DNA of 64,000 bases, taken from Chlorokybus atmophyticus (Eukaryota; Plantae; Mesostigma and Chlorokybus algae). The notes under the pieces are model-generated. The model did not search any database. It was not told the origin of the DNA and saw only the letters and a list, made by a program, of their open reading frames with translations. The DNA is taken from NCBI GenBank assembly GCA_009103225.1, contig RHPI01002048.1:890529-954528 (forward strand). The letters run 5' to 3'. Made by a program: the position numbers and the translations under genes. Positions 23,700 to 35,671 of the stretch are shown here, piece by piece; within the stretch, counting starts at the first letter, position 1, and each line of letters begins with the position of its first letter.

Positions 23700-23845
23700 A
23701 CTGTGGGCTTGGTTTATGACAGACTGGCAGTGCAGTTTCATTACCACCCTGTCATTTCCTGCTATCTCACTAGTTACAATTACTCGAAATCAAGCCTGAT
23801 CAACTTGAGTTCAACGAGGATGTTGAAAACCTAAGTGGGGGGGAA

Positions 23846-24354
23846 TGTAACGGGAGCAATAATAATAGGGGTATTATTGCTACCTAAATAACACATTCTC
23901 TGTGTAAATATCTAAATATGCTTATTTATACCTCTTTTCTACGGTTCCTCGCTTAATAAAGGCTATGGTGCTTTATAATAGCTTAAATAAGTCCCAATGG
24001 GTGTAGAACCGCTTATTCAAGCCAATTTATTGTCACATTCGATAAAATGTGAACACTATCTCGTTAGGTACCATACGATAGGTACCTTATCGATAGGTAC
24101 CTTATTTCAGCTGTAATTGGCTCACGCTAGATTTTCTAACTACCCTATCCGTAGGGTCGATGTCTAGTTGTGAGTTATCAAGAGGTATATAGTTGATATA
24201 CTTTTGATATAAAAGGTCACATCAAACTGGTGTGGTGGGGACTTTCAGTGCTCTGCTCAGTGGCGGCCACGCCGTTAAAAGGCTTGTTATAGGCGGTTTG
24301 GGTGTTGGGGTAGAGGAATGAAGGGGCATCACCGGCGACGGTGGTGCTGTTACA
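23846..24354 (+). repeat. 3' LTR of the chromovirus
   Basis: Preceded by a G-rich PPT; matches the 5' LTR. Confidence 0.95.
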
Positions 24355-25493
24355 ACTGTTGTCGCTCGAGTCTTTGTCAACTGGCTCTCTGTTATTGTTG
24401 GGTTTATCGTCGGTGTTGTCTTCTAGCTTCTTGTCCTTCTAATTAGCATAAAAAGTAATCTCGACAGCCTTTAACTTTTTTTTCCGAACTTGCAGGTGTT
24501 TCAAGCGGAGGAGTCTTGTCTCGCTTCTTGGTGGCACTTCTATTCGGCTGCGTGCCGGACGGCTTTCGTTGCAAACCTTGATCAGGGTCAACTTTGGCCA
24601 GGGGTAAACTGCAAATTACAAAGGTAGTAAGATTCCATTCACCAAGCAGGTAGATAACATTCAGAACAAAGATCTTGAACATAAAACAAATGGCAACTAA
24701 GAGAGGTCCAAGAGCTTCGACCTCCAAGAGCTCCAGCTAAGAGAGGTTTAAGATCTTGAACCTCCAAGATCTTAAAAACAGCAACACGAGCAGCAGGAGG
24801 CGTACTTGAACGGTGGACGAATGCTGGAACACTTTGATCTGCGTGGAGTAGTCTTCGCCTGTGCATCCTCCTCCTCTAAATTGTCCTGGATTGCCTTGCA
24901 TAGCATCGTATATCATTTAAATTCATTGCTAACCTACTTGGACATCGCAAGCGTATCAGCCAACAGCACTCAACTGCAACACAGCCACAGCAAGCAAGCA
25001 ACTTCAACGGAAGTTGCTGTACGCAGCAAGCAACCACAGTTAGTAACTAGCAACAACTTCAACACATCAATTAAGCGCTAGCAAGCAAGCAATGCGACTA
25101 ACAATTGGTTGCTGCGCACAGAAGTTGCTGCGCACAGAAGTTGCTGTGCGTAGCAACCAACCACAATTGGAAGTTAGCAGCAACTACAGCAACAACAGTA
25201 CCTGCTAGCAACAACAGCAAGTAGCAACTACCTGTATCAACAAAACACTCAGCACTTTCGGAATAAGTTGATTACTGCGCGTACAGAAGTTGCTGTGCGA
25301 AGTCAACTACAGCAATAGTGGTGCTGCTGTTGCTATACCATGCAGCCGCAGCGGCAGCAGCAATCACAGGCAATTAAAAACAAGAAATGCAACAAAAACA
25401 AACTAACACTACAAAAACATAAAACACATACCTGATCGCCTTGCGCTTTCCGCCCGGACCCCCCATGCTGCTGCACCCACACCCACACTAGGA

Positions 25494-25547
25494 TTAGTGT
25501 TAGTGTTAGTGTTAGGGTTAGGGTTAGGGTTAGGGTTAGGGTTAGTG
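25494..25547 (+). repeat. Interstitial telomere-like tract (TTAGTG)3(TTAGGG)5 TTAGTG
   Basis: Read directly; flanked by the 18-bp direct repeat TGCTGCACCCACACCCAC (25469-25486 and 25546-25563). Confidence 0.9.
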
Positions 25548-25786
25548 CTGCACCCACACCCACGCCCACGCCCACGCCCACGCCGCCCCAATCAACCCTG
25601 CCCCCACACATGGATGCGCCCCGTTTCAACCTCCTACGCCAACGCCCGCCGCCCAAACGACGCCAACGCCAACACCAACGCCAACGCCGCCCCTGCCCCC
25701 CGCAGTCGCCAACGCGCCCCACCTAACAGCTGCTAGGGTTTTCGGCTATGGCTGCCGAGGCGAGAAACCCTAGGTGGCGGGGCGCT

Positions 25787-25846
25787 ACCTCTCATACCAT
25801 GAAAGCAACTCCAACTTGTCGGAGTTGCTTTCACGGTATGTGAGGT
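25787..25846. other. 60-bp near-perfect palindrome
   Basis: ACCTCTCATACCATGAAAGCAACTCCAAC-TT-GTCGGAGTTGCTTTCACGGTATGTGAGGT; 3 mismatches, 2 of them at CpG. Confidence 0.9.
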
Positions 25847-27020
25847 TTCATATCTCGGATCAAATTACCTAATATTCTTTGACCTCAATACATCATTGCC
25901 GGCAAGTTAGTCACCTGATTCGCGGTCTCAGGTGATGGTGCACAAAACTTGAACACTACGATGCCTTTGCATAAGGCAGGGCGCCATTTGTCTCACATTA
26001 CGACATGCCAGACATTGACGATCTTGTTTTCCACAAAAAGATCAAATTTGCAAAAAAATAGACAAAGTTTGTCATACTCATCAGTTGATTACCTGCAACC
26101 AACTACTACCTCCATATTATTCCATAAAACTATACACCGTGCTGTAGACTCTTGCACGATAAAATCTCGCACTTACATGTATCGTTGTCATCGAGCACGC
26201 AATACCGTATGTGTATTTACTTGTATTCATTTGTTATTGCGGCATGATGTGATAGTAAGCTTTCGCAGGTATATTCACATGGGACGCATACAAGTGGACA
26301 TGGTATACAAGCTCACTATTTCCTTACGCATGAAGTATATATCAATAAATAATAACGATGTGTTCCGAGCTGTAACGATAAGAATGCATACACGATAATT
26401 GGTTAACATACCATTGCAATGGTAAAGCTCACCAGTATGTTGACAAGTTGTTATACTCACAACCACCACAAGTAGTGAGTTTAATACAGTTACAACCACA
26501 ACATTATATGTACAAACACTTCACGACATCAAGCTGAGTTTATTATTGAAAGATCGACATGTATACCTACGCAAATCATGTGCGTTGAATTCAACACATG
26601 TCTTAATGCATTGGAGCAAAGTTGTTAAGGTTATTGAATTTACAATGGTATTGAAGGTACATTGTCTTTGCGTAATATTGTACGCTTCAAGTTAAATTTG
26701 CATAATGAATTGACATGATCGTGCACATGGAGTTATACATAAATGCCACCATTGTGATATGACTTTGACCAAGCTTTCAATTTAGAAGGCCTCATTGATT
26801 TCGCGAAAGTCATATGACGCAATGCGCATTTATCGTTGTATGTTGTGCTCATGCCTTATAAGGAGATTTGATTTGTATTGTGCAAAAGCTGAGTTACACG
26901 ACACAAATCTACCCGCAGTAAGCAACAAACGCAACATTGATTATCATGCAATGTATTGCATTGGAGTGTCCTTAGCTATCTTGTTTCCTCCAACATGACA
27001 AAGAATATTTTATGAAGCCT

Positions 27021-27069
27021 TTAGCTACCGAGTTGCGACTAGGCCCCCTAGTCGCAACTCGGTAGCTAA
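27021..27069. other. Perfect hairpin with 23-bp arms
   Basis: TTAGCTACCGAGTTGCGACTAGG-CCC-CCTAGTCGCAACTCGGTAGCTAA. Confidence 0.95.
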
Positions 27070-28252
27070 TGTCGCGTCGTAGCAGCTAGCTAGCAAACCC
27101 TGATCGTCAGACATAGGTATGCTATGTTTAATGCCGCAGTGCAGCTGGTCGGCGGCGGTGGCGGTGGTGTAGTTGTTGTTGGCGGCGGCGTTTGTATTTC
27201 AGCTGATCGCTAGTGTGTTTCAATAGATGGCACTGTTTGAAGTGTAGCTGAAGCTTGCAATTGGTAAGTCCCAATTCAAAAAGCTTGGTGCGGTAGGTAC
27301 GTGAGTGCTGGCTTTGGGCGGTGGTATGGGCGGCGGTGTGAGCGAGCCATGTCCGTTGAAGCTTGGTGCTTTTGTTAACTGTTAGAATGTACTTGTGGGT
27401 TAGTTTCGACCACAGCGTTTCACTGCTCAGGACATGAAGTCATGTAGTGAGGGTTGGGATGTCCTGGCGGTCCTGCAGGAGGTTTTAAGGAGCACACATG
27501 GCGCCACCTAACAGGTTATTGTGCTAATGTGTAACTAGTCTTGTATGCGTTAGTCTTGTATGCGTGTATTTGACAGTTGAAATTTGATATCGATGTAATA
27601 CACAACACACGCTACTTGATGCAGCAGTACGATTTTGTACTGGCAAGCATCAAAATCAAAAGGAGCAACACATAAAACTGCATGCACACAGCAATTTGCA
27701 GCAACAAGAGACACTTGCACACACACTCATGTTGCCAACAAGCGGCTTGTGTGTTTACACATGTGATTTCCTGCATGATAAGCACAGTGTACTGCAGCAG
27801 GGGAGCTGCCCCATGGTAAATAATCAGTTGGCATGTATTGGAACACACCCATCATCATTCATGCAATTGCCGCATACAATAGCACATGCATATATGCATA
27901 CACATACACACAAATGTCGCCTCATTACTCTGTACTTCTTGCAGTTGCTTTAGAATTCAGACGATGCTGTCACAACCGCACCTTAAGCCCTGCACCATGA
28001 GGTGTTGAAGTTCCCAGTCTGCAAGACTGCGCTACTAGTTGTTCAGGTCCATTGCATGCCAGTCCGCATGCTTGAGGTCTTGGAGGTCTAGTAATCTCAC
28101 TTACTGTGCGTTACTGGACCTCCAAGATCTCAGGTCGGCGATATCCTCCGTTTTAAAATGCATAAGATCTTAGAGGTCCAGGAACTTCACATTGTATTGA
28201 GTGGGTTGTAAGTTTTGAACACCGTAAACTCACTGTAGCATCTTGCCTTCAG

Positions 28253-31200
28253 GTGGACTATCAGCCGTATATCAACCGGCTTAGCCAAGGATATTGTCAT
28301 TATTGTCAATGTGTGGCAATTCAACCGAGGCAACATCGTCGGTTCTCAAAGACTTGCTGACCAAGCAGCCGTTGCCGCAAGCTGCCGTTCAACAAGATGA
28401 AGACCTTCAGGCTGTTGCCAATGCCCCAGCCCTTCGCACCGTTGCCAAAACGTATCAAGAAGCCTATCAAGAAGTCAGGCACCAAGAACAGAAACCCATC
28501 GTCATGCGCGAGCTGTGCTCTTAGAACTGGTAGCGTTGTTGTTGAAAGTCTTGAATGACGCACGTGTCACGCAGAAGGTCGGTGCACTTCATAACATCAG
28601 ACGTCATCGGTTTTATCAGCTGAAGTCTATCCGGAGTGATTGGAGCCTGAAGCAGCGTAGCAAACGCAAAGACAGTTTGCATGTGGCCATGCGGAATTCA
28701 ATCCAACAATTTTGGCACGAAAATATTAAAGAGTCTGCATCCAAACGATCAAAATAATGATCGAGATGAAGTCACTAACAAGAGGCTGCGCGATATCAAA
28801 AACTTAAAAAGATGTTTGAAAGGCACTACGCACACAGAGCTCTTCCGAATGCTCAAAGAGCAGCACCCGGAAGTTCAAGTACAGCAGCGGTTACTTAAAG
28901 CTGAAACTGTACTATATCGGAGGACGGGACGTTCGGCATGTTTGTGTTTGTTCAGCACATACAGAGAACAAGGAGATGTGGACGCCCTTACCATTTTTAT
29001 GCGCCTGCGGCACAATAATAACTGTCACTGTCCCTGCGATTACTGTGAGGTAAGCAAGCTGGCAGTTACTCGACCCCCAAGATCTTACAAGCCGCCTGCC
29101 GCTTACATATTGTTAAAAAGATATAGAAGATCTGCGGCTGCAACAATCCTTGCAATCATATTGTCTACAGCAAGTGGCCCGAAAAAGATTTTCAAGCCAT
29201 CTATCAGACGCTGTGAACTCTATCATGTGCCCAAAGGAGCCTGGTGAAGAGTATTATATGAAGCGATGTGTCAAAGGGAAATGCAGTTGGTGTGGCTGGG
29301 ACAAGCTTTTTCCGAATTGTGCTACAAAGCTGCACAATTCGGAAAAAGTTGCATCACTACGCGACTATGTCCGTCCCTCTACGGAAAGCAAAAGCCGAGA
29401 GGGCGCGCTGCTGATGGTTCTGCAAAGAAGTACGCGGGGATTTTGCCAAGCAGTCGCTTACTTACTCGGCATTTCGCGTGCGATACTAACCCATGCTGGA
29501 AACTTTCGCTGGCACGCGTTTCTGAGTTCGTGACAAGCTCCTCAGCAACGACAGTGCTTACAGACGTTCAGTCGCGGCACAATTGTCATGATCAATATCT
29601 TTTCGGAGAACTATACCATTCGCCCAAACAACGAGCTAATGCAGTAGCACTTTCAATCCGCTCCTGTAGTAATCCATGTCATAATAGTGCATCGGCACGC
29701 GCAGATTGAGGTCGATGGCATCGAGTCTACATATGAGCCTGTGCGCATGAAAGAGGTAAAGCAGCATGTGTTACGTTAATAGACCTATCATAGCTGACTT
29801 GCCCGCTGATCAGGTTTAACTCAGCCCTATTTCACGCAGGTGCACTTCTTCATAACGGATGACACCATCAAAGACAGCTCTATGGTGCATCATTGCATCA
29901 TAAGACTCCTAGGGGGGTATCGGCGCAGGGACATTAATGTGCACAAAATTGTCAGTTGGAGTGATAACTGCAGCATATAATTCAAGTGCGCAAAACAATT
30001 TGATTGAGTAGCAAAGTTTGGAGATACTGTTCCCATTGCATCGGTTGTTGAATGCGAGGACGACCCTGCGACTTATTGTCATATAAAGCCGGAGTGGCAT
30101 TATCCTTGCTCTCAACACGTTAAAGGAGAACACAACGGCTAGGAAGGAACATTAAAGCACCTTCTTTACAGGGCAGTGCTGCAGGGAGAACAGATAGTGT
30201 ATGATAAGTCCGCAGCACATTACGCTAATGAGAACCTGGGCCGAGGAGCTGTATCCACGTATCTCGAGAAGGCGAGACGTGTGTGCAAAAGCGCTTTTTT
30301 CACCTTTTGGACATTCACAAGGTTGTGCATAATCAAAAGGAAGCAATCACCGGACAATGCCAGGCATTACGAAGTTCCAGGCCGCAAGCGACGGGTGAAG
30401 CGGACCGCTTCATGTCCCGTGCGCTCTGTTGCTTCTGTGCACCATGTGTTGAGGAGCTGCATTCTAGCTGCGTCAACAAGGAGTATGCGGGCAGGTGGAA
30501 GCAGAAGGTGCTCGTGGCTGGAGGTGATGAAGCGGAAGAGGCTGAGCAAGAGGTAAGCATTTCTCAGATTGTGGAAGTGCAGTAGCTGAACATTTAGATT
30601 TGCATGAGATGTTAAATGTAAATAGTTGCCAGCACATGTAGCTGAATGTCATGTGAGACAATGATGAGCCTGCAAGTTAGTGAAGGTTCGGTGTCTTGCT
30701 TGCTTGCTGTCTGTGCACCGTTGTACATGGAAGTTATGAGAAACATTGCTGAGCTTGCAAGTTAATGGACGTTTATGTCGGGTCGAGGGGAGTCGAGGGT
30801 CACGCTGTCTCGGACAGCTGCATGGACAGCCATGCTGTGCTGGACATGCTGCTGCGCCACCTGTGTAGCGCGTAGCAAAAACAGAAAGATGACCTCCACC
30901 CTCATGGTGACAAGTGCTTCGTGCAGCTGGTGTGCTGCTGCTGGGTAGTACGGGCAGATGGAGTCGGTGTTCTCCCTACGAACATGCTGTGCTGTAGCAT
31001 ACAAAGTCAATAAGCCACTACTATAGGTAGTGCTGTTTACACAGTTCTTTGCGTGAGTGGAAGAGAAATTACACTGTTAAGTGAGGTGAATGAGCAAGCA
31101 ACACGTGGATGCTATGCCCTGACTGATGCCAACAGCACACCGCGACCAAGTACACAAAGCTCACAGCAAGGACAAGCACAGTGCACAAGAACATGCACAG

Positions 31201-32170
31201 GCTCTCACACGGTGAGGGGATTCTTGGGAACCAGGACGGTGTGTTTCGTAGTTCAAGTCGCTTCACAAGCTCTTAGCTTTCTCACTTACAGTGTCACCAG
31301 CTGATCCGGTGAACACTGTGCCTACTTATACAAGTCAACTCATGACTGTCCAAAACATAAGCTAACGGTCATATCGAGGCTATTTCCACAGGAAATTCCC
31401 ACTCGATATAGAACCTAACTTATAACTGAACTCACAACTGAACAGCTACGCGCGGTGCCTATGTAGGCTATGGTCATGAGCTACTCTAGAGACATGACCT
31501 AGCTACTGGTCAGAGACGCGCGCGGGTTGCCATGCTGGTAAGCCGGGCGAGGGTCTTGCTGTAGGCATGCCCGATGATGACTGGCATGCTTGGGCGATAG
31601 GCATAACATTTAGCATCTTGCAATGCGTGCCAATGCAAGCAGGGTACTGCAGTTTCCGTAATCTAAGTGCTTGCTGTCTTGCAGACGCTAATGCTAAACC
31701 AAGGGATGCTGGCATTGACCTTAAAGAAGGGGGATCTCTTTGTTGTATCTGCAGACATGAGCGGTGTAGATCACAACAGAGATGCACCTTACTGGATTCT
31801 TCAACGTATGGAGGAGGCAGAAAGAAACTGTCAATCCACAACCCGTGCGGACAGCTACGGCAACAATGTGCTGCTGGACACGCTCCACTTTACAGGAGTA
31901 TATTTTTGGCGACTCACGCATCAACATGTCCCAGTTCAAGAGTTGCAAAAACGGTCTTTGTAGTTCCTACTGCCTTAACCCCATGAAAAGGCAAGAGTAT
32001 CAGCTTACTGACTGCGGTGCGCACCCAAGGTCACGTTGGAGCGGGAACACAAGAGTGAACGACTTACTCGCAGTAAGTCCAAGCTGAAGACATGGGAAAG
32101 ATATAGGGGAGTCGTTGTTTCGCATACGGGCCGAGCTGCATGAGGCCATCCTTAAGGTGTTGTGAAGTAG
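28253..32170 (+). pseudogene. Intron-containing DDD/E-type DNA transposase pseudogene (Sola-like, tentative)
   Basis: RSKRKDSL...QQFWHEN, LFRMLKEQHPEV...ACLC, CVKGKCSWCG, GTIVMINIFSENY, HFFITDD, SWSDNCSI.FK and HVKGEHNG (degenerate DF[AS]ENY / SDxC..QFK / HGKGEHDG motifs), C-terminal CFCAPC and LKKGDLFVV; introns 29050-29170, 29756-29839 and 30553-31684. Confidence 0.7.
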
Positions 32171-34879
32171 ATTAGCTAGGGGTGTACAATTGTTTGGCTA
32201 CCAAGATAATGCTAGTTGCTGCAGTGGATGTTGCATCATGTTTTCCGTGTATAATGTGTTGCTGTGGATGTCACTTCATGTATCTTGAAAAGTTGCAAGT
32301 AGTGTAAATATCATCATGTCTTTATGTAGGAATTAGCTCATTAGTTATGATATGTAATGTGTGCATTCGGGATAGAATCTCGTGCAAGTTGCAAATACAG
32401 CTGTTTTCAGCCTATTATAGGCCCGTTTTTACAACTTTAAAGCATCCAAGCCATTTGCAAAAAGTGCAACCCCAGACCTTGCTACACGCCTGTGGCACAA
32501 GGTCTCAAGCGATACACAAGCGCAATAAATGTGCGCATGAGCATGACCTTTGTAGTACTGCAATCACCACACCAGATAACAACAGACATGGATGCACCGT
32601 GTATCCATGTTTGTTTTTGTGTTGCGGCGCAATACAGCAAGCGCAATAGCACAACGAGTGTCTATCTCGCGTTTTAAAATGTGTACGCTGCAGTGACAGT
32701 AGGACAAAGCATTACCGCTGTTTAACATAGGGGGGGCTTCCGTGATGTTGCGCTGATCCTGCTTGAGCTCATTAACATGTTTGGCTGTGGCAACTCTAAT
32801 AGCGGCTCCGGCAACAGGTCAGAGTGCCTTGCACGAGGCCAATAATGAAGTTGATTATGATTGACTGCTAGGACTATAAGACACAGATGTGGTGAATTGC
32901 AGGTTGGTGGTGAAGAGTTGTGCAACCCGCAGCAATTTGTTTATCACAATGCAAAGCAAGGTTATACCATAATCTCACACAACCATTATAAGCTAATAAG
33001 TCCACTGCATCATATTGCAATTCAAAGAAGAGAAGAAGAGTCGGGAGCATTACATTGTATGGGATGGCGAAGCAATGCACATAGCATAGCACACAGCATG
33101 GCATTGCACTGCATAGCTACAATGTTGTTATATGCAAAGCAATTTAAGCTTCCCTCAAGCAAGTTACCCACCTGCAATGCCTGCTGGCGCTCCAAGCTGC
33201 GTTGTCACGCTCCGATACCTCCGCAAAGTTCAGCTGCAAGGTTTGCATGGACAACATTGTAGCACACAAGCAAGCGTGAGTAAGCATTGTCGCCTCAGCT
33301 GCAGCAACATAACCTGTCACAGCAATCTCAACATGCATGGAAGGGCAAGGGCAGCTTCTTGTTTATCTGCTAGGCAGTCATGCTTGGCCATAAACGGCGT
33401 CGGCCTGGACCATTATGGGCAGCAGGGCCGAAGGAGCAGGCGACATTAATGTACTTGGTGTCACGCCTATAAGGCTGGCGAAAGTCATTCTCTGTCCCTT
33501 ACTTATGTTGGTATGAAGGGACCAAGTGGGATTTTTCATTCCATAAGCGAGTGTAAGTACTTATGGCGTTTGCTCTTAATCGGTCCGCTTTTGAGCCTGT
33601 GTGGGCCTTGAGTGACGATAAACTACATAAGACATTGATGCTAGGCTAGCACAGAGCTTGTCAATGCCTATGGCATGTGAGCCTTGAGTATCGTATTGTG
33701 AGTTGCCATCGGTAGGAAGCCAAGTTGGCAAACCACATCATGTGGACTGTTGCAGTGCGATTTGCCATTGATGTGACTGTTGTGAGGCAAATGGTGCCTG
33801 TGGGCATTCCGCCTGTACATGTGTAAAGGGGAGCTTAAGTTTGCTGCTCCGAGGCAAGATGGTTACTCTTGCATAAACTCGAGGTAGTTGATACTCCTGA
33901 GGTAAAGTTTGTTAGCTCCGATGTTGGAACAAGGTCAGCGCACAGTGACAAGGCCTAGGTGGCCTTGGACATCATGTGCTGGGTCACGAGAGCAGCATGT
34001 AATCTAAATGCTATGTTGCATCCTTGAGTTGGGACCAAGACATCAGCGTGTTTGCCTTACAAAAGGGCCACTTGTGCATGGGGTGACTGGTCGTTAGCTG
34101 TTTAAGGGGCTCTCCCCCTCATCCCTCGTGGGGTGTGGTGTTGTGGTGTTGTGCACGTGGGTGTGTGCGTACTTGGGGCTAGAGCTGACGGGAGAGGCCG
34201 GTGGTCATCCTCTCCTCCCTTGGTGCTAAGTTGCATATTCTCTTGCAAGGTGCTGCACCGGTAACGCTAGTGGGAGTTCCATCTGTAAGTTTAAAGTGCT
34301 TATGCATAAGTTTGCTAAGGCCCGACCAGCAAGTAGGTAGTGGTATTGTTACATTTGGGGTTTGAGTTGTTGAATGGGGGAGGGGCGGGGATGGAGGGCA
34401 TGCGCACCGCAAATGAGGGGAATGAGGAGGAGTGTAGGGTGAAAGTGTGAATGCACCATTCGTAGTAAACCTGCAGGTCGAAGGGGCGGCTGTGCAGAGA
34501 CAGCATTGCCTTCATCAGCTCCACCGTCGCCGCCGTTACCAGCACCTGAGTGACAACGGCTATGGCGACGGCGGTGAGTGTTTGTGCGTGCGTGCATGTA
34601 ACTATGGTTCTGTGTGCATCCACACATCTATTTGTAAGCATTTAATATTAACACGCAACTCATGTGCTTTGCTTGTTACATCCGTCACGCTACACCACAT
34701 GTTAAAATGGATTCCATCAGCCTCATAGGTAATTGAAGAGTTCGACCCGTTACCAACCTCGGCTGCAAGAGCTCGTCTTGTATACTCTTGCCATTTTGAA
34801 ACGGGCATCAAAGAGGATTGGGTTGTTATGAGCGACCTCGCTGCCACTTGTTCGACAGGCACAATGGGATAGCTTGATG

Positions 34880-35290
34880 CAAGGGGAGGGGTAGTTTGTA
34901 ATAAACCAAAGACACAGACTAATTTCATTGTCTTTGCACACCTTGAGCGAACAGTTGTGTTGACTATGATGTCAGCTACAACAGCGTGTTTGCAGCCTAT
35001 TGGATATGTGCAACTTGATTGCAGCAAGGTTATCTATCTGTTCCGGCGTTATGTGTACAATCTTTACATTGTGCAGGTGGTTGTGTGATATGCAAGGAGA
35101 AGGGTAGTAGGCAATGAACCGACACAGATCAATTTCATTGTTTTTGCACAGATTCAGCGCAGATGTGTGTTGACTATGTTAACTGGACAGCGTGCTTACA
35201 GTCTATTTGATATGTGCACCTGTATACAGCGAGATAATCTATCCGTTCAGCGTTATGCATACAATCTTTGTACTGTGCAGGTGATGATGT
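34880..35290. repeat. Diverged tandem duplication of about 213 bp
   Basis: GGGTAGT, GACACAGA..AATTTCATTGT.TTTGCACA, TGTGTTGACTATG and TACAATCTTT....TGTGCAGGTG occur twice (starting about 34880 and 35093). Confidence 0.8.
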
Positions 35291-35671
35291 AACATTCCGT
35301 GGCTGATTGATACTATTTTGATTGATTGATATTATTTTCGTAAATATTCAATGTTAACTGTAAGTACCACTGCAACTTGTGTACAATGCACACATTAACC
35401 AAGAACTGCCAAGTGTACATTCCATGCACATCCAGCATTATGTATTTGCTACTGTATCAACCAGTAGCGTACGCAACCAACAAACGAATACCAGACGGAG
35501 AGAAGGGTTGTGCGGCAAGATATGACAACCAGCCAAAAGTACGGTCGTTCATGGCCAGCAAAGTGCACGCGGTGAGGGAGGGTACAAAGTCAAACTCTGA
35601 TTATATGTTCAGTGTTGCACACAATACATCTAAGCCCAAGGCCCTACACAGCAACTAAAAAGCAGGCTAGT

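Larger units (their letters stand above)
18395..24354 (+). mobile_element. Ty3/Gypsy chromovirus, both LTRs present, integrase core deleted
   Basis: LTRs TGTAAC...GTTACA at 18395-18911 and 23846-24354; PBS TGGTATCC at 18913; PPT at 23833-23845; 5-bp TSD ACTGC/ACTGT; gag, CCHC, protease LIDTGA, RT, RNase H and chromodomain YEVEAI...FLIKWKGYGPEHNSWEP. Confidence 0.95.
18050..25720 (-). pseudogene. Unknown spliced minus-strand gene (probably transposon-associated), split by the chromovirus insertion
   Basis: Exon-like frames on both sides of the insertion join in frame (...KDSSDNS|DVNKDTIYS), with GT-AG boundaries; other exons read ESDQLVPTDDDLKLTGAEKPNAATTINVVLVPRV...QLQVKRK and DPDQGLQRKPSGTQPNRS. 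No recognisable domain. Confidence 0.35.

Noticed and set aside
25494-25547. True chromosome end
   Set aside because: Only nine units, with complex sequence on both sides
33459-33950. Solo LTR bounded by TGTCAC...GTGACA
   Set aside because: Flanks CTTGG and AGGCC give no TSD, there is no PBS or PPT, and no second copy is present in the window
34180-34640. Minus-strand exon-like pieces (VLVTAATVELMKAMLSLHSRPFDLQ)
   Set aside because: The next candidate exon hits a stop quickly and no domain is recognisable
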